DNA of 64,000 bases from the NCBI GenBank assembly GCA_965197905.1, contig CBDAOB010000004.1, positions 1,536,001 to 1,600,000 of the forward strand, written 5' to 3'. This document shows positions 52,266 to 61,594 of this stretch, piece by piece. A program made the position numbers and the translations under genes. The notes beneath the pieces were generated by a model. That model was not told where the DNA came from. It did no database searches and worked only from the letters and a program-made list of their open reading frames with translations. Positions within the stretch are counted from its first letter, which is position 1, and every line of letters begins with the position of its first letter. Origin of the DNA: Candidatus Latescibacterota bacterium (GTDB taxonomy: Bacteria; Latescibacterota; UBA2968; UBA8231).

Positions 52266-53318
52266 ATGCCCTGTATCGCCCCCTCGGTGCTGGAGGAATT
52301 CTGTACCCGGATATTCACCGGTGCCGGCCTGGATCCGAATGAAGCGACCGTAGTCTCTCATTCGCTGGTGCTGGCAAACCTGATGGGGCACGATTCTCAC
52401 GGCATCGTTCGGGTGGGATCCTATCTGGAGTACATGAACGAGGGGAAGGTCCTTGCGGGCCGCAGCATCCAGGTGGTGCGGGAAGCCGATGCCTCCGCTG
52501 TCGTTGATGGTCAGTGGGGGTTCGGTCAGACCGTCTGTCACCAGGCCATGGTGCTGGCGATGGAGAAGGCGAGAGCCCGCTCCGTGGGTGTCGTCGAACT
52601 CTTCAACAGCAGCCATATCGGCCGCCTCGGAGAGTACGTGGAGACGGCTGCGGCCGCACAGATGATTGGGCTGATCCTCTGTAACAATCACGGGGGCGGA
52701 GAATTGCTGGCGCCGTATGGCGGGGTTGAACCCCGCATGTCTCCCAACCCGCTCGCCGTCGGCATCCCGTCCGGAAACGCTACCCCGATCGTCGTCGACA
52801 TGACCACGAGCGTCGTTGCTGAAGGCAAGATCCGCGTCAAACGCAACCGCGGTGAACCCTTGCCCGAGGGGTGGGCGTTGGACGCGGACGGCGAACCGAC
52901 GGTGGATCCGCACCGGTTTTACGGTCCGCCGCGGGGAGCTATCCTGCCGCTCGGAGGCAACGCCGCACACAAAGGGTACGCGTTAGCAGTGGTGGTGGAT
53001 ATCTTGGCCGGCGCTCTTGGTGGCGGCGGAACCAGCCGCGGCACCGGGCGCATCGGCGGCAACGGGTTGTTCATCATGGCCATCGATATCGCAGCTTTCA
53101 CGGGCAACGACGAATTCAACGAGCAGGTGGCCAACTTCGTCGAGCACCTCAAGAGCTCGCGACTGATGCCGGGGTTCGATGAAATCCTCGTGCCCGGCGA
53201 ACTTGAGCAGAGAACCCGCGAGCGGCGAGAAAAGGATGGAATTGCGGTAGACGACGAAACCTGGCGGCAGCTGGGCGTGGCGGGTCAGTCGGTAGGTGTG
53301 GAGCTAACGCTCGATTAG
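52266..53318 (+). CDS. Ldh2 family oxidoreductase (malate/L-lactate/sulfolactate dehydrogenase type 2)
   Basis: GHDSHG, DG-GFGQ, HIGRLG, NPLA, DMTTS, HKGY and PGE motifs. Confidence 0.92.
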   Translation: MPCIAPSVLEEFCTRIFTGAGLDPNEATVVSHSLVLANLMGHDSHGIVRVGSYLEYMNEGKVLAGRSIQVVREADASAVVDGQWGFGQTVCHQAMVLAMEKARARSVGVVELFNSSHIGRLGEYVETAAAAQMIGLILCNNHGGGELLAPYGGVEPRMSPNPLAVGIPSGNATPIVVDMTTSVVAEGKIRVKRNRGEPLPEGWALDADGEPTVDPHRFYGPPRGAILPLGGNAAHKGYALAVVVDILAGALGGGGTSRGTGRIGGNGLFIMAIDIAAFTGNDEFNEQVANFVEHLKSSRLMPGFDEILVPGELEQRTRERREKDGIAVDDETWRQLGVAGQSVGVELTLD

Positions 53319-54497
53319 GTTCTTGAGAAGGGTGAGCCCTTCCTCGATCTCGCCGATGTCGATACCTGAGTAGGCCAACCGAATGTGGCGCTGCGACTCG
53401 CCAGGAAAGGGTCGGCCAAAGTGCATGCGGGTACAGAATGAGACGCCGGTCTCTTTCAGCGCCTTGGTGCGAAAAGCGTCGTAGTCATCCCCCGCCGTCC
53501 GCTTCATCGCCTCCGTAACATTCGGATACAGATAAAACGTCGCCTCCGGTCGGTAACAGTGGACGCCATCGATGCTGTTGAGGATCTCCACCGCCTTATC
53601 GCGGCGGCCCCGCAGCGTGTCGATGATGCGCTGGCAGGTGGATTGCTCCCCCATCAACGCCTCGATGGCTCCGTACTGCACGAAGTGATTGGAGCACGAC
53701 TCGTCGTTGACGTTCATCTTGATGACCATCTCGATCAATTCCACCGGACCGATCGATCCACCCAACCGCCATCCGGTCATGGCGAACTTCTTGGAAAAGG
53801 TGTAAAGAATCATGGTCCGTTCCACCATTCCGGGCAGGGAAACGATAGAGCGGGAATCGCCTGAGTAGCGGATGTCGAAGTAGGCCTCGTCGGCGAGTAC
53901 GTAAAGGTCGTGTTTGATCGCGACATCCGCCAGACGCTGCAGCTCATCGACGCTGGCCTCGGCGCTGGACGGATTGTGCAGATCGTTGATGATCAGGATT
54001 TTCGTTTTCGAGGTGATCGATGCCTCGATCTGGTCCACCAGAATCTCGAAGGTGGTCTCCCCTTCCTTAAACCCATACGGCACCGCTTGGCCGCCATGAA
54101 ACTCGATCTGAGATTCGTAGATCGGAAAACCGGGGTTGGGATACAGGACCTCATCGCCCGGGTTCATCAGCGCCAACAGGAACTTGCCGATGCTGGGTTT
54201 TCCACCGGGCTGGATAGCCACGTTCTCCATAGTGTAGCTGGTGTGGCGCGTGGCGTTGATATGCTCCGCCAGGGCCTCCCGCAACGGCGGAATACCCGCG
54301 TTCGGGCAGTACCCCGTTTTGGCATCCAACATGGCTTTGTGGGTCGCTTCGATGATGTTGTCGCCGGTGCGAATGTTGATATCGCCGAGGTGGAAAGGAA
54401 AGATCCGGTTCCCCTTAGCGCCGTGGGCGGCGGCTTCGGCGGAGACGAGGAAAGCCGTCTCCGTACCGAGGCGGTCAATCCGATCTGCGAGTTTCAT
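53304..54497 (-). CDS. Class I/II PLP-dependent aminotransferase (aspartate aminotransferase-like)
   Basis: GTETAF, PGGKP, PGFPIYES, HNP, DEAY and SKKFAMTGWRLG motifs. Confidence 0.92.
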   Translation of the reverse strand: MKLADRIDRLGTETAFLVSAEAAAHGAKGNRIFPFHLGDINIRTGDNIIEATHKAMLDAKTGYCPNAGIPPLREALAEHINATRHTSYTMENVAIQPGGKPSIGKFLLALMNPGDEVLYPNPGFPIYESQIEFHGGQAVPYGFKEGETTFEILVDQIEASITSKTKILIINDLHNPSSAEASVDELQRLADVAIKHDLYVLADEAYFDIRYSGDSRSIVSLPGMVERTMILYTFSKKFAMTGWRLGGSIGPVELIEMVIKMNVNDESCSNHFVQYGAIEALMGEQSTCQRIIDTLRGRRDKAVEILNSIDGVHCYRPEATFYLYPNVTEAMKRTAGDDYDAFRTKALKETGVSFCTRMHFGRPFPGESQRHIRLAYSGIDIGEIEEGLTLLKNLIER

Positions 54498-54588
54498 GTT
54501 TCTTTTGGTTCTCCAGAATATGGAAGGGCGCAAATAATGCTAGCCCGCCCGCCGGGGGGGCGGGCGCGTACAGCGTAGGTAGCGGGGA

Positions 54589-56565
54589 CTAGGAAGGCAT
54601 GGTCATGCCTTCGGAATCACCGGTCTGCAAACAGTGCCCTGCAACCATGCGGTAGTGAGACCCCATGATCGCCAACTCGAACGCCTTGTGCAGGTGCGGT
54701 CCGGGAAAACTAAACTGGTCGCGGCGGGCATCCAGATAGTGAATGGCGCCCTGGAAAACGGACTGGGCGTGATCCAAGACGATATCCCCGCGGCGCAGGG
54801 ATTCGCCAACCCCACTGACGAACTGTCGAATCTCATCGAGCTTCCGGTCGGTGGCGAAACGCACCAGTGATTCCTGCGCGTACTCGAGCATCTTGGAAAA
54901 CTGCTGCACACTGTTGGCGTCGAGTTCGATGCGGTCTTTCGCCGTGGCGGAAAGACCGTTCCAGAATTTGATGAGATTCCTCGCCTCGCGGCGGGCCTGG
55001 CGTGCGAACTTGCGGTCGAACTGGAGGGCATCCTTGATGAACCGGAAGTAGTCGGAATCGGGGGCGCCGTCTCGTCCCCGCAAACCCTGGGTGAAGAGGG
55101 AGCGCATGGCCCCCAGCTTTTCCGCGAAGCCAACGTGTCGTTCGACAAAGATGTGCGCGTGGACGCGATCCAGAACCGTGCGCGCGCGGAGGTATACCTC
55201 CTGACGCGTAAACAGCGAAGACAGAATGTGACTGAATCCTTCGTGCAGGTGCTCAAAACTCATGACCGGCCTGTACTGCAGCGAGTCGTCGACGTTGTTG
55301 CCCGCCTCGCCGTCTTCGATCAGGCGTCCCTGGCTTTTGAGGTCGACATAGAGTGGCGTGTGCGGCATCGGCGTCAGTTTTCCGGTCATGGAAGAGAAGA
55401 TCCCATTCCCTTTCACGAAGTCGACGATGCGGTCAGCGGTCTGCAGGGTGTCGGTATCGGTGCCATAGATAAAACCTGCATAGACCTCGATTCCGTTTTG
55501 TTGCAGCTGGCTCACAGTGTCTTTCGGATCCGTCTTCACGTTCTGAATCTTGTTCATCGCCTTTAAGGCGTCTTGGTCGGGGTTCTCTATGCCCAGAAAC
55601 ACGGCGGTAAAACCGGCCTGCTTCATCCGCGGAATCAGGTAGGCCAATGAGTCTTTGCCGAGATCGACACTGGCCTGCGTAAACAGATGAAACGGGTAGT
55701 TGTTGCGGCGCTGAAAATCGATCATGCCGTCGAGGATGTGTTCCATATCCTCGGGTTCAGACACGAAATTGTCGTCAACGGTAAAGACGCCACCCCTGAA
55801 ACCGGTATCGTAGATCGCCTGCAGCTCCGTCTGTACTGCTTTGTTGTCCTTCGCCCGCGCGAAACCGCCGTTGAACTGTACGATGTCGCAGAAGTTGCAG
55901 CGGAAGCGACACCCGGCGGTGGTCTGCAGCATGAGGGCGCGATAGTGGTTTGGATTGACGAGGTCCCAACGCGGCACCGGAACGTTTTCCAATGGTTTGA
56001 AGATTTCTTTGTCTAGCAGGTATTTGCGCGAACCTGCCGGCTCCGTCTTCACGCGCTCGGGGATGAACAGAAACGGCTGTTCGGCACTGTGTTGCGGTTG
56101 TTTGTCGAGGACGCTGCAGATCTCCTCTATCCACGGGGCGGATTCTCCCCACACGAGATAATCGAGGCCCTCGCACAGAATGCGGTCGCGGTCCCTCAGG
56201 GGTGCCAGAATCGTATCGCGATAGGTGGAAGCCATTGGGCCACCCAAAACCCACGGGGTGTCGGTTCCCCGTGCCGGCCCATCCAGGAGTTGGACGAGCG
56301 AATCCCGCTGAATACTCATGGCGCTCACGAAGACGGCGTCGGCCTCCTGAATCCGGCGGCGCATGTCCGCAGTATTGGGGATCTTGATATTGAGGTCGCA
56401 GAGGTCGAACTCCCAGTCCTCCTGCGGCATTTGCGCGGCGAAGGTGATCAATCCCAGGGGTGGAAAGGCAGTTTTGCGGCCGATGTACTTCATGACGTGC
56501 TTGAAGCTCCAGAAGGATTCGGCTGGAAACGCCGGTGCGATGAGCAACCCTTTTTTCTTCGCCAT
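54589..56565 (-). CDS. B12-binding radical SAM protein (DUF4070-type)
   Basis: SFWSF, PPLGL-T, SAM-IQ, GGP, CRFRCNFC, DDNF, GIE and GFI-G-D motifs. Confidence 0.9.
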   Translation of the reverse strand: MAKKKGLLIAPAFPAESFWSFKHVMKYIGRKTAFPPLGLITFAAQMPQEDWEFDLCDLNIKIPNTADMRRRIQEADAVFVSAMSIQRDSLVQLLDGPARGTDTPWVLGGPMASTYRDTILAPLRDRDRILCEGLDYLVWGESAPWIEEICSVLDKQPQHSAEQPFLFIPERVKTEPAGSRKYLLDKEIFKPLENVPVPRWDLVNPNHYRALMLQTTAGCRFRCNFCDIVQFNGGFARAKDNKAVQTELQAIYDTGFRGGVFTVDDNFVSEPEDMEHILDGMIDFQRRNNYPFHLFTQASVDLGKDSLAYLIPRMKQAGFTAVFLGIENPDQDALKAMNKIQNVKTDPKDTVSQLQQNGIEVYAGFIYGTDTDTLQTADRIVDFVKGNGIFSSMTGKLTPMPHTPLYVDLKSQGRLIEDGEAGNNVDDSLQYRPVMSFEHLHEGFSHILSSLFTRQEVYLRARTVLDRVHAHIFVERHVGFAEKLGAMRSLFTQGLRGRDGAPDSDYFRFIKDALQFDRKFARQARREARNLIKFWNGLSATAKDRIELDANSVQQFSKMLEYAQESLVRFATDRKLDEIRQFVSGVGESLRRGDIVLDHAQSVFQGAIHYLDARRDQFSFPGPHLHKAFELAIMGSHYRMVAGHCLQTGDSEGMTMPS

Positions 56566-56634
56566 ATATGTCCGGGATCCTTTGAGGGGTTGAGCGGGTT
56601 CCGCGTCTGCGAATAGCCCTATATAATATATATT

Positions 56635-57345
56635 GTGTGTTGGAAAAACAAGAATGCGAATGGGCCCGGATGTCGGCGGGGCCTCGCCGTCCTAATTCTT
56701 TTGGGGGCACTGCCATGGGCTTTGGTCAACGCCGCCGAAACCACCGATCTACCGGCGGACTCGACTCGAACCGTCCTTTTCTTCGGCAACAGCCTCACAG
56801 CGGGTTTTGGAGTGCGGCCGGACGAGGCGTTCCCCGCCTTGATCCAGCGCCGCATCGATGCCGAGAGCCTACCGTTCAGGGTGATCAACGCCGGATTGAG
56901 CGGCGAGACCAGCGCCGGAGGCCTGCGACGGATCAATTGGGTGCTAAAGCAGCCAGTTGACCTCCTGGTCATCGAGCTCGGGGCCAACGATGGGTTGCGC
57001 GGCATCTCGCTGACCGCTACCCGCACCAACCTCCAGGGGATAATCGACCGCGCCCGGGCGGCCCACCCAAAGGTGCGCATCGCCCTTGCGGGCATGCAGA
57101 TTCCCCCCAACCTCGGACCGGAGTACACCTCTACGTTCCGCGCGCTCTTTCCGACATTGGCGAAGGAGAACTCGACCTTGCTGATCCCGTTTCTTCTCGA
57201 GGGTGTGGGCGGCGTCGAGGCGCTGAACCTGGCCGATGGCATCCACCCGAGTGCGGATGGCCACCGGCGGGTGGCGCAGAATGTTTGGAAGATCCTGGCT
57301 CCCGCACTTCGCAGCGCCGCCGCGTCCGACCCGCAGCACCCCTGA
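56635..57345 (+). CDS. tesA: SGNH/GDSL arylesterase (TesA-like; start uncertain)
   Basis: GNSLTAG, NAGLSGETSAGG, ELGANDG and DGIHP motifs. Confidence 0.88.
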   Translation: MCWKNKNANGPGCRRGLAVLILLGALPWALVNAAETTDLPADSTRTVLFFGNSLTAGFGVRPDEAFPALIQRRIDAESLPFRVINAGLSGETSAGGLRRINWVLKQPVDLLVIELGANDGLRGISLTATRTNLQGIIDRARAAHPKVRIALAGMQIPPNLGPEYTSTFRALFPTLAKENSTLLIPFLLEGVGGVEALNLADGIHPSADGHRRVAQNVWKILAPALRSAAASDPQHP

Positions 57346-57352
57346 AGAGAAG

Positions 57353-59890
57353 CTACCCCTCGGTGCGCAACGCGTGCAGGGGTGGTTGGTCGAGGATGCC
57401 CCGGTTCATGCCGACCCCGAACAGGGCGGTCAGGGCCATGGCCGACCCGAGGGCGACCAGAATCGGCACCATCGCTGGCCGGTAGGAGACTTCGAAGACG
57501 AACTGAGTCAACCCCCAATTGCCGACCAGGGCGAGAACGAGCCCTGTCACTGCGGCGAAGCCGCCCAAAAACAGATACTCGAACAGCATGATGCGCCAGA
57601 TCTGGGCTCGGGTTGCCCCCAACGCCTTGAGCAGGACGCATTCCTTGAGTCGCTGATAACGACTGTTGCTCAGTACCGCCACCAGTACCAGGATCCCGGT
57701 GGCGACACTGAAGGAGGCCACGAACCGGATCACGAGAGCAGCGCGCTCCAGTAGCGAGTTGGCCGCACCGAGGATTAGATCCAGGTCGATGACCGATACG
57801 TTGGGAAAGGATTGTGCCAACCGCCGTTGCAGCGTGGCCCCAAGCTGTGCGGATTCCGAGCGGGTCACCACGACGTGAAACTGGGGCGCCTCTTCGAGAA
57901 CACCGCTGGGGAAAACCACCAGGAAGTTCGGACTAACGCGTTGCCACTCGACCCGCCGCAGGCTGCCCACCTCGACCTCTAGCGGCCGTCCCTGGACATC
58001 GAAGACGATGTTGTCCCCCAGGTCGACTCCCAGGTCGCTTGCCAGCCCCTCTTCCAATGAAACGAGGATCGATGTGGCGCCAGCGGTCCCTACCCACTCT
58101 CCTTTTACCACGGTCTCCGTTTCTGCCAGCTGGCTGCGGTAGGTCGTGCGATACTCCCACCCCAGTGCCCAGTCGGAGCGCCGCCGCGTGCTGTCCTGGC
58201 GAATCGCTTCGACGTCGCGCCCCCTTATCGATTGCAATCGCATGGTCACCAGCGGCACCTCTTGAAGAAGAGGCAGCTGGAGCTGGCGCAGGAGCTCGAT
58301 CACCCCGTCTCGCTGATCGGTCTGAATGTCGAACAGCACCGTGTTGGGCTGGCTGTCTCCGCTGACGGAGCGGATGTGGCGCAGGAGCGACGACTGGGCC
58401 AGGTAGAAGGTGGAGATCAGAAACACCCCTAACCCCAATCCCACCAGCAGCACAATCGTTTGATTCTGCGGTCGAAAGAGGTTCGCCAACCCCTGGCGCC
58501 AGACATAGCTCCAGGTGTGGGGGAAGAAACGTTTCGAGAACCGGGTAATTCCGTACCCCACCAGCGCCAGTGCCCCGAAAGCGACGCCGACCGCACCCGC
58601 CAAGCCAACACCGATCACCGGACGGGTGCTGTTCATCACGGCAAACACCACCATCATCACAGCGATGGCGGCGTAAACCAACCAACGCAGCGGTTCGCGG
58701 ATCGGCGTGTCCTCGTCGACGGCAGCTCGCAGGGCTAGAAGCGGCGAAACTCGACGCAGATTTAATAGCGGCAACAGCGCAAAAATAAGCGCCACCCCAA
58801 GCCCCACTGCCACCCCCTGGGCGATGGAGACGAGCGAAACGCTCAGCTCCAACTCCAGCGGAAGGAGATCCGCCAATACCAGGGGAAAGAGCCACAGAAT
58901 GGCGACGCCTAATGCGGCACCTATCGCCGACCCGACAAAACCCATGGCAGCTGCCTGGCTCAAGTAGACCAATCCTGCCTGCCGTGCCTCGGCACCTAGG
59001 CAACGCAGCACGGCGACCGTCGGAAACTTCTGTTTGACGTAGGCGTGCACCGAGCTGCCTACGCCCACCCCTCCCAGCACCAGTGCGATGAAACTCACCA
59101 GGTTCAAGAAACGGTACAGGTTGCCAAGGGCGCGCCCCATTCGCGCCCGCCTGGTGGCAACGGTTTCGACGGAAACCCGTTGGCGTTCCAAATCCGGTTT
59201 GAATCCGTTCACCAGATTGTCTACAGCGGCGGCATCGAGCGCGAAAAACACGCGGTAGTTCACCTGGCTGCCGCGCTGGATCAGCCCGGTCTCAGGGAGG
59301 TAGGACATGGGAATAAAGACCCGGGGAGCGACCAGGCCGAAAACACCGGCCTCGCCCGGAATACTCTCCAGTCGACCGGCGATGGCAAAGGTGGATAGGC
59401 CCACCTTTATGGAATCCCCCACACCAACACCCATCTGCCTCATCAAGCCGTCGTCTACCAGGGCGCGCCGGCCCAAATGATATTCGGTTGCCGCGTCGCG
59501 CGGACGCGTGAGCAACTCCCCATAGAAGGGAAAGGAACCTTCAGCAGCGCGTACCTGGGTCAGCCGCGTGCCCTCTGTTTTGGGGAAATACACCATGGAC
59601 GAAAACCGGGTTTGTCGTGCCCGTTCGCCGCCGGCGGCGGCGATGATCCGCTCTACCTCATCGCTGAACGGCCGCCGGGAGGAGAAGGCCACGTCGGCGC
59701 CCAGCAGCGTGCGCGCCTGGTCATCCACGGCCTGCGCCATGCTCGCCCCGAGGTTGGTGATGGCGACCAGGGCGCCAGTACCCACCACGATGGACGACAT
59801 GTAGAGCAGCAGCCGCTTGCGGTAGCTGCGACTATCGCGCCACGCCATGCGCGCGATCCAAGGGAGGTTGAGTCGAGGACGCTCGTTCAT
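57353..59890 (-). CDS. ABC transporter permease, YbbP-like (two FtsX domains)
   Basis: AWRD-R, LLGAD, FPFYG, LRCLGA, FDIQTDQ, LKALGA and PPL-LR motifs. Confidence 0.9.
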   Translation of the reverse strand: MNERPRLNLPWIARMAWRDSRSYRKRLLLYMSSIVVGTGALVAITNLGASMAQAVDDQARTLLGADVAFSSRRPFSDEVERIIAAAGGERARQTRFSSMVYFPKTEGTRLTQVRAAEGSFPFYGELLTRPRDAATEYHLGRRALVDDGLMRQMGVGVGDSIKVGLSTFAIAGRLESIPGEAGVFGLVAPRVFIPMSYLPETGLIQRGSQVNYRVFFALDAAAVDNLVNGFKPDLERQRVSVETVATRRARMGRALGNLYRFLNLVSFIALVLGGVGVGSSVHAYVKQKFPTVAVLRCLGAEARQAGLVYLSQAAAMGFVGSAIGAALGVAILWLFPLVLADLLPLELELSVSLVSIAQGVAVGLGVALIFALLPLLNLRRVSPLLALRAAVDEDTPIREPLRWLVYAAIAVMMVVFAVMNSTRPVIGVGLAGAVGVAFGALALVGYGITRFSKRFFPHTWSYVWRQGLANLFRPQNQTIVLLVGLGLGVFLISTFYLAQSSLLRHIRSVSGDSQPNTVLFDIQTDQRDGVIELLRQLQLPLLQEVPLVTMRLQSIRGRDVEAIRQDSTRRRSDWALGWEYRTTYRSQLAETETVVKGEWVGTAGATSILVSLEEGLASDLGVDLGDNIVFDVQGRPLEVEVGSLRRVEWQRVSPNFLVVFPSGVLEEAPQFHVVVTRSESAQLGATLQRRLAQSFPNVSVIDLDLILGAANSLLERAALVIRFVASFSVATGILVLVAVLSNSRYQRLKECVLLKALGATRAQIWRIMLFEYLFLGGFAAVTGLVLALVGNWGLTQFVFEVSYRPAMVPILVALGSAMALTALFGVGMNRGILDQPPLHALRTEG

Positions 59891-59896
59891 CGGCGC

Positions 59897-60595
59897 TCAG
59901 TGGCCTGGGGGTGTGCGGGAGTCGTCGACTATTCGACCGCCGGAAAGGCGAACGACTCGCTGCGTGTGGTGGGCCAGGTCTAGGTCGTGGGTTACGAGAA
60001 TCAAGGTGGTCCCCATCTCCCGATTGAGTTCGAAGAGCAGATCCTCGACGGTGGCGCTGGTTTCGGTATCCAGATTGCCGGTAGGTTCATCGACGAAGAG
60101 TATGGCTGGGCGGTTGATGAAGGCGCGGGCCAAGGCCACCCGCTGTTGTTCGCCGCCGGATAACTGCACCGGATAGTGCTCGAGGCGATCCCCCAAGCCG
60201 ACGCGGTCCAACAGCGCCGCCGCCGCCTTGTGAGGGTTACCGGCGGCCCGCAGTTCCAACGGCACCATCACGTTCTCTACCGCGCTGAGGGTCGGAATCA
60301 ACTGAAAATTCTGGAACACGAAACCGACCCATCGATTCCGCAGGCGGGCACGTTCGTCTTCACTGAGGGTCTCCAGCGCAATCTCATTGAGCCGCACCGA
60401 TCCAGAGGAGGGTTCGTCCAACCCCGCGCACAGACCCAGCAGGGTGCTCTTGCCGCTTCCGGAGGGACCGACAATAGCGCTGGTGGTGCCGCGCTCCACC
60501 GCCAGGTCCACGGCATCGAGAACAGTCAGCGCGCGCGCCCCGCTCCGGTAGACCTTGGTGAGCTGGCACACCTCGAGGATCGGTTGGTTACTCAT
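59897..60595 (-). CDS. ABC transporter ATP-binding protein, YbbA-like
   Basis: GPSGSGKST, FVFQNFQL, LSGGEQQRV and DEPTGNLD motifs. Confidence 0.93.
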   Translation of the reverse strand: MSNQPILEVCQLTKVYRSGARALTVLDAVDLAVERGTTSAIVGPSGSGKSTLLGLCAGLDEPSSGSVRLNEIALETLSEDERARLRNRWVGFVFQNFQLIPTLSAVENVMVPLELRAAGNPHKAAAALLDRVGLGDRLEHYPVQLSGGEQQRVALARAFINRPAILFVDEPTGNLDTETSATVEDLLFELNREMGTTLILVTHDLDLAHHTQRVVRLSGGRIVDDSRTPPGH

Positions 60596-61556
60596 TCAGC
60601 TCGAGGCGACCGAGGAAACGCAGCAGGCGATCGGGGTAGTCGGTGATGATACCGTCGACCCCGAGCGTCACGAGGCGTTCCATGTCAGCCGGATCGTTCA
60701 CCGTCCAGACATGCGCGGAAAGGCCCCGCGTATGCACCGCCGCCAGAAATCCCGGGTCGACGACTCGGAGTTTTGCCCAACGCTCCGGCACCTGGAACGA
60801 ACCGCATGGGGGGGCGTAGAAATTACTCAAAAACAGCTGTTCCAGCGCCCAAAACAGGGTGGCTTCTCCGGCCGTGACGGAGGTCGCAACTTCGGGACAG
60901 GTGGTCCGAAACGCCTTGACCAGATCGCTTTTGAACGAGCTTACCAACACCTTGGGACCGTGCCCGGCGTTCCTCAACGCGGCGCAGAAAGGGGCAACGA
61001 TGGAGGGGCTCGCCTGCTTGATCTCAATGCTCATGGGCACCTCCCGGAACTGCGTCAACACCTCCTTCAGGCGCGGGATGCGAATCTCCCGGTCCCGATA
61101 CGGGTAGGTCTCACCGGCGTCAGTGGTCCATTTGTACCCCGCATCGAGTTCCCTGAGTTCCGCCCACGACAGGTCCTGGACGCGACCCTGTCCATTGGTC
61201 GTGCGGTCTACCCGTTCATCGTGGAGAATCACCACTTCCCCGTCGGCAGAGCTGCGCACATCGAGCTCTAACGCGTCCACACCTAGGTCCACCGCGTGCT
61301 GAAAGGCGAAGACAGTGTTCTCCGGCCATAGTCCACGTCCACCGCGATGGGCGATGACCGTCGGGGATTCTCCTGGTAACAGCAGCGGATCTCGTGGAAG
61401 ATTCGTTGACCGGTTAGATAGGTAGAAAGCCATGACGGCGACGACAAGCGCGAACCCCGCTAGCCCCTTGAGTTGTGTTCTGGTCCCGAACGGCCGACGA
61501 GAACGTGGAGGAAAAGAAGGCGGGTGTCCCCCGGCGCGAATGACGGGTCCGAACAA
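60588..61556 (-). CDS. Glycerophosphodiester phosphodiesterase (start uncertain)
   Basis: AHRGG, PENT, ELDV, HD-VDRTT, IEIK, WTVN and GIITDYP motifs. Confidence 0.92.
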   Translation of the reverse strand: MFGPVIRAGGHPPSFPPRSRRPFGTRTQLKGLAGFALVVAVMAFYLSNRSTNLPRDPLLLPGESPTVIAHRGGRGLWPENTVFAFQHAVDLGVDALELDVRSSADGEVVILHDERVDRTTNGQGRVQDLSWAELRELDAGYKWTTDAGETYPYRDREIRIPRLKEVLTQFREVPMSIEIKQASPSIVAPFCAALRNAGHGPKVLVSSFKSDLVKAFRTTCPEVATSVTAGEATLFWALEQLFLSNFYAPPCGSFQVPERWAKLRVVDPGFLAAVHTRGLSAHVWTVNDPADMERLVTLGVDGIITDYPDRLLRFLGRLELNE

Positions 61557-61594
61557 GGCGGATCCGGGGTGCGAACCAGGAAGGCGGGTTCGAG

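Noticed and set aside
54543..54565. GC-rich hairpin between the radical SAM and aminotransferase genes
   Set aside because: It has no T-tail and I saw no second copy, so I cannot call it a terminator or REP element.
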